Assembly (NCBI GenBank): GCA_040081625.1
Contig: JBEBGD010000002.1
Span: 64,001-128,000 of the forward strand
DNA length: 64,000 bases
Direction: 5' to 3'
Origin: Chthoniobacteraceae bacterium
Lineage (GTDB): Bacteria; Verrucomicrobiota; Verrucomicrobiia; Chthoniobacterales; Chthoniobacteraceae
In this document: in pieces, positions 9,760 through 17,858 of the stretch
Numbering within the stretch: position 1 is the stretch's first letter
Layout: the number at the start of each line of letters is the position of its first letter
The notes under the pieces: generated by a model
What the model was told of the DNA's origin: nothing
Seen by the model: the letters and a program-made list of their open reading frames with translations, nothing else
The model's database searches: none
Position numbers and translations under genes: made by a program

Positions 9760-10722
9760 GTGAACACCCCAATTGTCATTCTGATGGCTGCGACCGCTCT
9801 TACCACTTTGTCTTGGATGGTGTTTGCTAGCGTTCCGAGATGCATTCGTGCCCGAAGGCTTCGTGAAAACACTCGCACAAATGCTCTTCAGTTGTTCAAC
9901 GCGTATGAGGGCAAGTTTGGCTCCCGTAAAGACGCTCAACGATTCTTAACCGTATTGGGGCTACGCTCGGAAGACAGTGGTGAAAGCGCCTCAGGCGGTC
10001 CGCTGCTCTCGTGGTCTACGAAGAGGCACTTGATGGATCACGAATATGTCGATTCGATTGAGTCTTTTGTGCTCGGCCTGGTGTTGCGACCCTTTACATC
10101 TGCGCTCAAATCATGGGCAAAGGATACTTGGAAAGAGCTTACTTCAGGGAACGAGACTCCAAAATCACAAGAACAATGGCAGTTGGAGCAGCAGCTCAGG
10201 GATGCGCTTGCCCGAGCTGCTGAGATTCAAGCAAGGTATACCCGTCACAAACTTGTGGTGGGAGGTGAAAGTCTCGCAATTGTTGCTGCGTGTCTCGTTG
10301 GTTTTTATGTTCATGACGGCTATGCGGAGAAACCTCAGATCGACGCAGCCTTGGATGCGACCGCCAGCGCAAACCCAATCGCTCCGCAAACTGAAAGCGA
10401 GTCACAAGAGCCGACAGCCTCAAGCTTGGTCGCAAAGACAACTCCACAGCCGCAATCTGAAAGACCCGCTGAGCAGCCATCTACGTTATCAGTTCCAGAA
10501 GCAACGATGGCTCCACGCACTCCAAAGTTCGCAACAGTAGAAGACGCGCAAAAGGCGGCTGTCCTACTCTACCCCGACCTCGGCATCAAAGGCTCGCCGC
10601 TCAACACTGAATTCATCGCCCGATACAGGATACTCAAACAAAAGCAGCCGGATTATTTCAATGATACTGCATGGCCTGTTCTCCTTGTAGAAGAGCTTAT
10701 ACGGACGAAGGATAGCAAATGA
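9760..10722 (+). CDS. Hypothetical membrane protein
   Basis: 320-aa ORF with two hydrophobic segments, a P/T/Q-rich linker and a small C-terminal domain. Confidence 0.6.
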   Translation: MNTPIVILMAATALTTLSWMVFASVPRCIRARRLRENTRTNALQLFNAYEGKFGSRKDAQRFLTVLGLRSEDSGESASGGPLLSWSTKRHLMDHEYVDSIESFVLGLVLRPFTSALKSWAKDTWKELTSGNETPKSQEQWQLEQQLRDALARAAEIQARYTRHKLVVGGESLAIVAACLVGFYVHDGYAEKPQIDAALDATASANPIAPQTESESQEPTASSLVAKTTPQPQSERPAEQPSTLSVPEATMAPRTPKFATVEDAQKAAVLLYPDLGIKGSPLNTEFIARYRILKQKQPDYFNDTAWPVLLVEELIRTKDSK

Positions 10723-10835
10723 TCAAAGGCGATGGAGTTTACTTTGTCGGCTCAAGAGCAACGACCACCAGTGCCGCTTTGATGTGCTTTTGATGTAGGG
10801 CTTCATCTGCTCCGATTGTGGAAGCATTCATCACA

Positions 10836-11339
10836 TCAGATCCATTGACTGATCTTTCTGCCGTTTTCGTCGGTCATTCCACCGACCAAGATTACGATGA
10901 AGTCGACTAGAATCCAGAGCCCCAACGCAATAACGATGATCGCGCTAACCACATCGCTAACCGAAGCACTAATGAGCATGCACGTCGTGCCAACAATGCC
11001 AAGAGAGAGCATGATGAAGCCTGAGACCGGATGGCCGCAATAAAAACGGTGTATACCGAGCGTGCCGAAAAAGAAACAAAGTAGAAACGCCGGAAGAATG
11101 CGCTTAGATGATGGTGTCTTGAGCGAGGATTGTGCCGAATATTGGTGGAGGGGTGTGGGCGCAGTCTGAGTTGGTCCCTCCAACTCGTCCGAGATCGTGG
11201 ACAAAGGGATCCACTCGTCGGAGTCAGCATAGCGATATGGAACGTCGCCAGTGATTGTCCCGCTCTTCCACATCGAACGTAACTGCCCCACCGAATAAGG
11301 GCCGTGCTGTTCATCGTTACGGTAGATGTAATACTGCAT
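10836..11339 (-). CDS. GYF_2 domain + TM2 domain membrane protein
   Basis: YYIYRNDEQHGPYS...DEWIPL (GYF_2); AFLLCFFFGTLGIHRFYCG (TM2). Confidence 0.85.
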   Translation of the reverse strand: MQYYIYRNDEQHGPYSVGQLRSMWKSGTITGDVPYRYADSDEWIPLSTISDELEGPTQTAPTPLHQYSAQSSLKTPSSKRILPAFLLCFFFGTLGIHRFYCGHPVSGFIMLSLGIVGTTCMLISASVSDVVSAIIVIALGLWILVDFIVILVGGMTDENGRKISQWI

Positions 11340-11398
11340 ACATGAAAAGGTGAGGATGCGTCAGATACTCCGTGCTTAGTCGCAGGCAGATTGAGTGG

Positions 11399-11998
11399 TC
11401 ATCCTCCGTTGGTCTGATCGTCAAAATCCACATGATCCACGCACAATGGAGCTATGGCCTTGTTGATCCTCGTCCGAAAATCAGTGAAATGCTTTCGTTC
11501 TGGTCCTGGTGAGAGTTTGGTCCAACTACCCCATGCAGGAGTAAAAGGAACATTTACTCGCACGAGCAATCGTCTCGCCTTTTGACCGGTAAACTCCACC
11601 GGTTTACAGACCGAGGCCAATTCATCTCCGGCAATGATTGACCAGTTTGTCCGCAATACCTCCATTGCAGCCTCGATCGCTTCAGATAAGGGCTGTTCAC
11701 GAACCGCATATCTGTCTGGTCGATAGTGCTGCTCAGGATACGATGTGGAAAGGTGTTCCACACTGTAAAAGTCGTCGTCCTTCAACTTCGGTATCAGATC
11801 CATCAACCCGCGCTCCTCCGCCCACTTCAGCGTGTGCTGCCATCTCTCCTCCTTGTCTCGATCCGATGAGTAACCCCACCCATTAAGGATCAGCGGCATA
11901 GGCGGCTCTGAGCCTTTATGACCGGCATCTGTCCACGCTTGATGTAATCTCTGATATATCGAATACCAAACTGGGGGAAGAGGACAGACCTTGATCAT
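11399..11998 (-). CDS. Hypothetical protein
   Basis: ORF with PPMPLILNGWGYS...RWQHTLKWA; ATG 11998 overlaps the stop of the upstream ASCH remnant (ATGA). Confidence 0.7.
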   Translation of the reverse strand: MIKVCPLPPVWYSIYQRLHQAWTDAGHKGSEPPMPLILNGWGYSSDRDKEERWQHTLKWAEERGLMDLIPKLKDDDFYSVEHLSTSYPEQHYRPDRYAVREQPLSEAIEAAMEVLRTNWSIIAGDELASVCKPVEFTGQKARRLLVRVNVPFTPAWGSWTKLSPGPERKHFTDFRTRINKAIAPLCVDHVDFDDQTNGG

Positions 11999-12096
11999 GG
12001 CGTGCATCTGCAAAATGAGTGCAACCCGGTCTTGATGTCCTTACCGGCGAACAGAATTACCCATGCCCAAAGTTGGTTTACGCTGAGTGCTTTCAT
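11995..12096 (-). pseudogene. 5' remnant of an ASCH-domain gene (33-aa mini-ORF)
   Basis: MKALSVNQLWAWVILFAGKDIKT... matches the ASCH N-terminal pattern; nucleotide repeat of the ~14890-14949 segment. Confidence 0.75.
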
Positions 12097-12149
12097 TGAG
12101 GAAAAGGTGAATCCGTTTATGCAGATCTGCCGTCAGAGTGCAAGCGCGG

Positions 12150-12500
12150 TCAGTCTCCATCAGGAAAGTTCACATACGGCGCGAGCTTGGCTTTCAGCTC
12201 GTCGATCAAATCTTCACCCATGACTTCGTATTCGTCGGGGATTTGAAGAGTGACGATCTCCTTGCCCTCAAGTGCATCAGGATACTTCTGCCGAAGCTTT
12301 TGCAGGTGCGACTTCTCCATGACGAAGATGATGTCAGCCCAGCCGATGTGACATTGCGTGACGACGATGCGTGCGCCGGGCTGAGTGCCAGCGGAGCGTG
12401 CCGAATATCCCGGTATGCCCTCCATCAGCTTCTCTGCGGTCAGGCTGCGGATCTTGTTCCGGCTACAGATGAATAGGAGCTTCTTCGCGTTCTTTTCCAT
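12150..12500 (-). CDS. Low-molecular-weight protein tyrosine phosphatase-like protein
   Basis: LLFICSRNKIRS (CX5R P-loop), SAGT, WADIIFVME, IPDEY. Confidence 0.85.
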   Translation of the reverse strand: MEKNAKKLLFICSRNKIRSLTAEKLMEGIPGYSARSAGTQPGARIVVTQCHIGWADIIFVMEKSHLQKLRQKYPDALEGKEIVTLQIPDEYEVMGEDLIDELKAKLAPYVNFPDGD

Positions 12501-12516
12501 CAGTCAGATCCTCTGC

Positions 12517-12879
12517 CTAGACCGGCGAGCAAAACCAAAGCTTGTTGCCCTCGCTGTCCAGAAAGCTGCCCACGTAGAAGTCGTCGTAAGGCTGAACTGG
12601 ATCTGAGATCACCACACCAAGCGCACGCAGGGCCTTTTCAGTATCAGGTGCATGATCGGTCGCAATGGTCACCCTCGGGTTTGGTTCAGCGGTAGGTGCT
12701 GCATACCAATTCGCTTTCAGCATCAGAATGCTTTGCCCGAGCTGATAACCTACCTGCTCTGTGCCTTCCAATGCAGGAGGTAGCGCCAACGTCACACCGT
12801 AGAAGTGATTGGCTCGGTCGAGGTCTGTGACCGATAGCGCGATTACTTTGACTCGCTGAAAACCAAGTGGCGTGCTCAT
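12517..12879 (-). CDS. VOC/glyoxalase family protein
   Basis: IALSVTDLDRANHFYG...L and FLDSEGNKLWF motifs. Confidence 0.85.
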   Translation of the reverse strand: MSTPLGFQRVKVIALSVTDLDRANHFYGVTLALPPALEGTEQVGYQLGQSILMLKANWYAAPTAEPNPRVTIATDHAPDTEKALRALGVVISDPVQPYDDFYVGSFLDSEGNKLWFCSPV

Positions 12880-12884
12880 GTCAT

Positions 12885-13187
12885 TTACAAATCAGGAGGC
12901 AGCGGCGGTGGCGTTGAGGAACGAAGCCGATAGTAAAAAATCAGCGAGAGGGAAAGGATGACAACGCCGACAGGGAAAACAAACAAGCCTGTCGCTGTAG
13001 ACATCAGTGAAATCCCAATGTCGTCAGCGAGGGCCTTTGGATCGGCAATTCCTGAACTGCCAAGCGTCTTGAACGCGCCCATCATACCGATGACAGTGCC
13101 GAGCAACCCGATGAAGGGTGCAAGGGTAAGCAGCGAACCGAGGATGATGCCTGCGATCAAGAGTCTGCGCTTAGTCTTCACTCTCAT
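12885..13187 (-). CDS. Small MotA/TolQ/ExbB proton-channel-domain protein
   Basis: APFIGLLGTVIGMMGAF...LADDIGISLMSTATGL; only about 100 aa. Confidence 0.8.
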   Translation of the reverse strand: MRVKTKRRLLIAGIILGSLLTLAPFIGLLGTVIGMMGAFKTLGSSGIADPKALADDIGISLMSTATGLFVFPVGVVILSLSLIFYYRLRSSTPPPLPPDL

Positions 13188-13548
13188 CACCTCGGCAATG
13201 CGTGCTCTTAAAGCGCGCCAAACACTTCATCATGTCCGCTTCCATCGCGCAGAAGGCTCGGGCCAAAATGACCAAAGCTGCATCGCTGGAGGATCTGCGA
13301 TAAATGCGGTGCGCAATCAGAACCGTGGCTGCTGATCGAGGATGCCCAATGTCGCGGAGACACGCGGCAATGTCCTCAGCCTTGAAGCCGATCTCGAAAA
13401 ACTCCTCGAAGGTTTTGGCACCGCTCATGAAGGCGACAACAGAGGTGACATGCAGGTATAGGTGTTCCGAGTCAGTAAGGCTCTGCGACCCGTATCGCTC
13501 CCATTTCAAAGCAAGAGCCGTGGCGTAGGTGTCAGATGACGTGGTCAT
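13171..13548 (-). CDS. Hypothetical protein
   Basis: 125-aa ORF packed between co-oriented neighbours. Confidence 0.55.
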   Translation of the reverse strand: MTTSSDTYATALALKWERYGSQSLTDSEHLYLHVTSVVAFMSGAKTFEEFFEIGFKAEDIAACLRDIGHPRSAATVLIAHRIYRRSSSDAALVILARAFCAMEADMMKCLARFKSTHCRGDESED

Positions 13549-13561
13549 CGCGCTGGGAGAA

Positions 13562-14794
13562 TCACGATTCTGTAGCTTCCGCCGCCAGAGTCAGCGCAAG
13601 TCGCACTTTGAAGTCTTTGATGTGAGCAATCAGGTTACTCTCTTGGTCTGGAAACGTAAAACGCTTCTCGAATTGCCCACCAGAGTCACTATAATCCGAG
13701 AGTGAGTTCATTTTCTTGAGCATCAGTCGAGCATACCCGTTCTTCCCTTCCCGATCATCACGATCCCAGAACTGAAAGACATACCCTTCCGCGTCTACCC
13801 CAATGTCGATACCAAGGTGCACTTTGTGCCAACGACAACCAGTGAAGTAGGCGTCGTAGTCTTTATAGTTTGCAATCCCGGTAAACGGAGCCAGGTCAGA
13901 TTTGAAAGTATCGATGATCTTCTCTACTCGGAAAAGCACGAGGTCGTCCAACATGCCCATTAAGGAGCGCGCACTCGTGTAATTGTCGCCCTCTTTCATG
14001 AGCTGATAGAATTGATCCATAATAGGCTTGTTCATGGTGTTCTTGCCGAGTTTGATGATGAGTTGGCTGTATTGCTTGAAAATGTGTGCGGCTTCTGAGT
14101 CTAGCGCTGCATCTTGACAAGGCCGCAGCCAACCTTCGAAAAGATCGTCGCCGCTTTCATCGTATGCATTCAGGCACAGAAGTTTCGCTTCGATTTCCGT
14201 TCGTTCCGAGACCGTCCAATCCGTCTTGTCAGGGTGCTGAAGTCGATTTAACCGAAGATAGACAATCGCATCCACTTCGTAGCCTTGATTATTGGCATAT
14301 TCAACGTATCTCGGGAGCTGCCGGGGCATGTCAGCCGCTCCATTGATCTTGTTCTCGATGATGATGGCTCTTTTCGAACTCTCGTCTCTTACTAGAATGT
14401 CGACTCTACCTTCTTCTCGAACGACGGATGCGTTGCTGTAGTTGCAACGGCTGACCTTTGCTCCATGTCGTTTGAGAAAAGCCAAAAAGAGATCCAGAAA
14501 CACTGAACCATCCTGATGCTTGCTGTTTGGGTCCAGTAGTGCCCGAAGCACATCACTGTGGAAGTTCTCTCTGTAGTAAAGCTCCGTGACAATCGCGAAA
14601 AGGTTGAAGCCGAGATCGACATTGCGCCTGGCACGAATGACTTCATACGCCAGCCTGAGCTTGCGGAGATCATCTCGCTTGAGCAGCGCGGTCACGTTAG
14701 AAACGATGCGCTGATTGAATGCGCCGATCTTGCGTAGCAGTAGGGCTTCGGTAGAGATGTCATCGACTGCGGGGATCATGTTCGAGCTTTTCAA
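13562..14794 (-). CDS. PD-(D/E)XK nuclease family protein (PDDEXK_4-like)
   Basis: FNLF...ENFHSDVLRALLDP...RVDILV...IIIENKING..D...QLPRY; TTG 14794 or ATG 14779. Confidence 0.85.
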   Translation of the reverse strand: MKSSNMIPAVDDISTEALLLRKIGAFNQRIVSNVTALLKRDDLRKLRLAYEVIRARRNVDLGFNLFAIVTELYYRENFHSDVLRALLDPNSKHQDGSVFLDLFLAFLKRHGAKVSRCNYSNASVVREEGRVDILVRDESSKRAIIIENKINGAADMPRQLPRYVEYANNQGYEVDAIVYLRLNRLQHPDKTDWTVSERTEIEAKLLCLNAYDESGDDLFEGWLRPCQDAALDSEAAHIFKQYSQLIIKLGKNTMNKPIMDQFYQLMKEGDNYTSARSLMGMLDDLVLFRVEKIIDTFKSDLAPFTGIANYKDYDAYFTGCRWHKVHLGIDIGVDAEGYVFQFWDRDDREGKNGYARLMLKKMNSLSDYSDSGGQFEKRFTFPDQESNLIAHIKDFKVRLALTLAAEATES

Positions 14795-14949
14795 ATTCGA
14801 CAGCGCCTCACGACGGAAGCCGAAATATTCCAGAGCCCGAGCATTCCTTTGCGCGGCACTGGGGCATTCAACGGTCGACGGTTCTCGAAGTCTTTACCCG
14901 CGTGGAGGATTGCCCAGGCCCAAGGTTGTTTTACGCTGAGTGCTTTCAT
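14791..14949 (-). pseudogene. ASCH-domain gene with in-frame internal deletion (52 aa)
   Basis: MKALSVKQPWAWAILHAGKDFENR (ASCH N-terminus) joined directly to RPLNAPVPRKGMLGLWNI (ASCH C-terminus); below the ORF track cutoff. Confidence 0.8.
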
Positions 14950-15002
14950 GGAGGAAGATGAGGCATTCCAAAATTTCGGGCCGGAGGCAAGCGCGGAATT
15001 CG

Positions 15003-15806
15003 CTACCGAACAATAGCGGTCGAGTCTTGCCGTCTCCGTTTGGGCAGAAACTGCCGAAGAAGATCATCTACCGCAGCCTTCGTGTCTGCATCAGCTTCTG
15101 GGTGAGTGAACACTTGATGAACGATCCTCTTCAGCGGAATCGGAATGCGCCTGAAGCGATCTTTGGAGTCTTCAATATAGAAGACTTCCTCCTTTTCAGG
15201 GCTACGGAGAAGGCGAAACTCCCGCTCAAACGCATATGCTGTCGGTTTGTAGAAGAACAGTGTGTTGTTACCGAAGGAGGTTCTCGGAGAATCAAGCGGA
15301 GCATACTTCACAGCCGATTTCATAAGCCTCGTAGGGAGATAGGCCGTGAGTGCTTTGACAGATGTCGTTATCACAACGCTTGAAGCAGATTTGGTGTAGG
15401 CGCACCACATCCGAGATGACTCAGCCCGATTTCGATGCCAGCAACTGATGAACACCACGTTACGGTGGAACTTCTCATAGTCCTTCCTGTTTGTATCTGA
15501 GATCCGATACAAACTGTGAAACATCTCGTCCGATCGAGATTCTCGTTCGTCATTGCCTGGCGTGGATAAACCTTCGAAGGGATCGTTGAACTGATCCGAT
15601 CTGGCGAAATACAGCGTGCCTGTTTTTAGCATGTCTTCAAACTTCGACAGATTCATATAGCGCCACAGGGTTTCGTGCGGCGGAGGAAGCCAGAACGGCC
15701 AATCCTCGGTAGCAATCGGCGCAATTGGCCCAGCGATCTCTCCAGTGAAACGGTTGACGATCGCTCTGCCGATAGGCAGAAACTCAGGTTGTTTTCGCTC
15801 TGGCAT
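15003..15806 (-). CDS. DUF2971-like protein
   Basis: LWRYM...LYFARSDQFNDPFEG...FISCWH...ESSRMWCAY...K..AYAFEREFR. Confidence 0.75.
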   Translation of the reverse strand: MPERKQPEFLPIGRAIVNRFTGEIAGPIAPIATEDWPFWLPPPHETLWRYMNLSKFEDMLKTGTLYFARSDQFNDPFEGLSTPGNDERESRSDEMFHSLYRISDTNRKDYEKFHRNVVFISCWHRNRAESSRMWCAYTKSASSVVITTSVKALTAYLPTRLMKSAVKYAPLDSPRTSFGNNTLFFYKPTAYAFEREFRLLRSPEKEEVFYIEDSKDRFRRIPIPLKRIVHQVFTHPEADADTKAAVDDLLRQFLPKRRRQDSTAIVR

Positions 15807-15908
15807 AAAGGATGAATGATTGTTGCTCGAGCATCTGTGCTGTTCTATGCGCGATGCCGCCGACCGGGACAGTTGCGGTTAATGCGAGACCATGCAAAGC
15901 ATCCCGAG

Positions 15909-16535
15909 ATGCCAACAAAGTTCCGTCCATGCGTCTTCTGTGCAAGCGGCAATGGAAAAACCGCCGACCACATTCCACCGCTTGGATTCTTTCCGAAGCC
16001 GAGACCGTCGAATCTGGTCACAGTTCCGTCCTGCGAGTCATGCCGAGTGCGCTACCAAGAGGATGACGAGCATGTTCGGAATCTTCTTGTCTCTCTTGCA
16101 CAGACTGAGAATCATCCGGCTATTGAACCCCAGATTGCTGAGGCCCGTAATCGGTCATTTGATTACGCCGTCTCCAAGGCGAAGAGATTGATCAGCATGA
16201 TGCGATTGGTGAAGGTTGGAACAACGGGCAGCACCGCATCGGCGTTTAATCTCGACGATCCAATGCTCGATCGTTTTCTTGAGCGTGTCTGCCGAGGGGT
16301 GCTTTATGACGCCCATCGGATACCCTTCTTTCCAGCAAGCTTCGCTTGGCAACTGATGCCTCCCCACGAGGCTGGTGAACATTTCAATAAAGCGCCCGTT
16401 GAGCTGGCGCGAAAGGAGATCGACAATGTATTCGCCTACATTTGCTCCGACGAGCCGGTGGAGAGTTTTTACTACGTTAGCCTTCGCTTCTACGAGAGCT
16501 TTTTTGCTCTTGGCCGCCTGCAGCCTGTCTCCTAA
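15909..16535 (+). CDS. HNH endonuclease-like protein
   Basis: CVFC...TADHIPP...NLVTVPSCESC zinc-binding HNH pattern; ATG 15909 preferred. Confidence 0.75.
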   Translation: MPTKFRPCVFCASGNGKTADHIPPLGFFPKPRPSNLVTVPSCESCRVRYQEDDEHVRNLLVSLAQTENHPAIEPQIAEARNRSFDYAVSKAKRLISMMRLVKVGTTGSTASAFNLDDPMLDRFLERVCRGVLYDAHRIPFFPASFAWQLMPPHEAGEHFNKAPVELARKEIDNVFAYICSDEPVESFYYVSLRFYESFFALGRLQPVS

Positions 16536-16652
16536 TCTACAATGCCCCGTGCTGCGCCATAAACGCCCGCTGTGAAGCCGAAGAATGCAAACAGGGTCAT
16601 GGGCGCGGGAATCGGGGTTTTTCAAAATACTCCGCAGGAACCGAGTGCAGGG

Positions 16653-17000
16653 CTAGATGAGATCCAAAGTCTTCTCCAAGCACCAGTGACGATACATTGG
16701 CTTGTGACCATTGAGAAGCAGATAGAGGTGACTCACAGACAGTTGATGAGCTTTGGCGAAATCTGTCACTCTTTGCCCGACGATGGATTTCGCCCCTGAC
16801 TTGGTATTCACGAGCACTGTGCTGAATCTCTTTCGTCGCCGAGCCACTGATTTGTGAGTCGAACACCAGCCTCGTAATGTCTGGTAGTGACCGCAAGCCA
16901 GACTTTTGGCATTGGAATACCTGATGCCAAAGCGACGGCTGAACTCTGCGACCGTTGAAGTCTTTACAATTTCCCCGGTAGGCGAAATGAAGCGATACAT
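16653..17000 (-). CDS. Small protein of two tandem NUMOD/IENR-like DNA-binding repeats
   Basis: Two ~50-aa repeats (..FSRRFGI....KSLACGH....GW / ..FAKAHQL....YLLLNGH....HW) like homing-endonuclease DNA-binding modules; no catalytic domain. Confidence 0.6.
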   Translation of the reverse strand: MYRFISPTGEIVKTSTVAEFSRRFGIRYSNAKSLACGHYQTLRGWCSTHKSVARRRKRFSTVLVNTKSGAKSIVGQRVTDFAKAHQLSVSHLYLLLNGHKPMYRHWCLEKTLDLI

Positions 17001-17071
17001 ATTTTGGTGGAGAATGAGCAGCCGCCAGATGGACTCTCATCCAAATGGCGGCTGTGCTGCATTAGGAGGGA

Positions 17072-17461
17072 CTAAGCGGCGACTGAAAAGTTTGTCAGTT
17101 CGCCGGGTGCCTTGATCTCCTTCACAAACGAATACGGTTTCTCGTATTCATCGTTGTGGATGTGCTCAATGCGGATGTCAGCGTATAGTCCCTTCAGTTT
17201 CTCGTATTCAACGCTGCCATCTGGACGTAAAACCTTCTGCGCTCCTTCTAAGCCCAGCCAGGTGATGAGGTCGTCCATGAACTTCTCATCTGTGCGCTTG
17301 TAGTTCTTGCCTGCGAAATAGACCTGAACCGGATGCTGGATGGAAACGATCTGGAAAACCAGTCGCATTCCGTCCTCTATGTCAAACGCATCACGACAAA
17401 TCACTCGATGATCCTTATCGGGTGCGTCGTATGTTTTCTTCTTTTGTGGTATGAATGCCAT
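17072..17461 (-). CDS. Phage-type replication accessory protein (possible ssDNA-binding fold)
   Basis: SD-like AGAAAGGAG upstream; RLVFQI...LITWLG...EKLKG..A.I.IEH...Y..VKEI pattern resembles phage SSB-like proteins. Confidence 0.55.
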   Translation of the reverse strand: MAFIPQKKKTYDAPDKDHRVICRDAFDIEDGMRLVFQIVSIQHPVQVYFAGKNYKRTDEKFMDDLITWLGLEGAQKVLRPDGSVEYEKLKGLYADIRIEHIHNDEYEKPYSFVKEIKAPGELTNFSVAA

Positions 17462-17591
17462 TTATATTAGTCTCCTTTCTAAGCTGCCTTTCATTGACAG
17501 CGATGATCAGTGTATCAAAAAGATGTCTCGAAAGGCAAGACTAATGATGACAAAAGCGCAATGAAACCGTTGTTGAAAGTAAAGCGCCCTG

Positions 17592-17848
17592 TTTCTGGCA
17601 AAGAACGGAAGTTTTCTGGCAATGCTATATACATTCATGCTCGCAATGAAAAGCTCTTGTTCTCGTGCATGTTCACTCACATTCTTATTATTGTGATCAG
17701 TCATATATAATGAATCATTGATGCATTCATTTAATACATGAGTGTGAGATCACATAATGTAGCAGGATGGCAATGACGTAAGGACGAGAGAACACATTTG
17801 CAGAAGTATATATAGCATTGCCAGAAAAAGGGCATTCTCTGCCAGAAA
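17592..17848. repeat. Large dyad-symmetric AT-rich region with inverted iteron-like repeats (putative origin)
   Basis: Perfect 20-bp IR TTTTCTGGCAATGCTATATA at 17612-17631 / 17809-17828; outer TTTCTGGCA at 17592-17600 / 17840-17848; central IR 17709-17715 / 17725-17731; shared centre at 17720. Confidence 0.85.
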
Positions 17849-17858
17849 TGTTCCACTC

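Noticed and set aside
10836..15806. Integron cassette array (run of small unrelated co-oriented genes)
   Set aside because: No attC-like RYYYAAC...GTTRRRY sites found by eye, several genes overlap or are only 5-16 bp apart, and the integrase does not look like IntI
17507..17710. Short ORFs 17507-17704 (-) and 17510-17710 (+)
   Set aside because: They lie within the AT-rich dyad region and show no protein features; better explained as non-coding
17592..17848. Protelomerase target (hairpin telomere) or MITE
   Set aside because: Central palindrome is imperfect, no protelomerase or transposase is in the window, and no target-site duplication was seen
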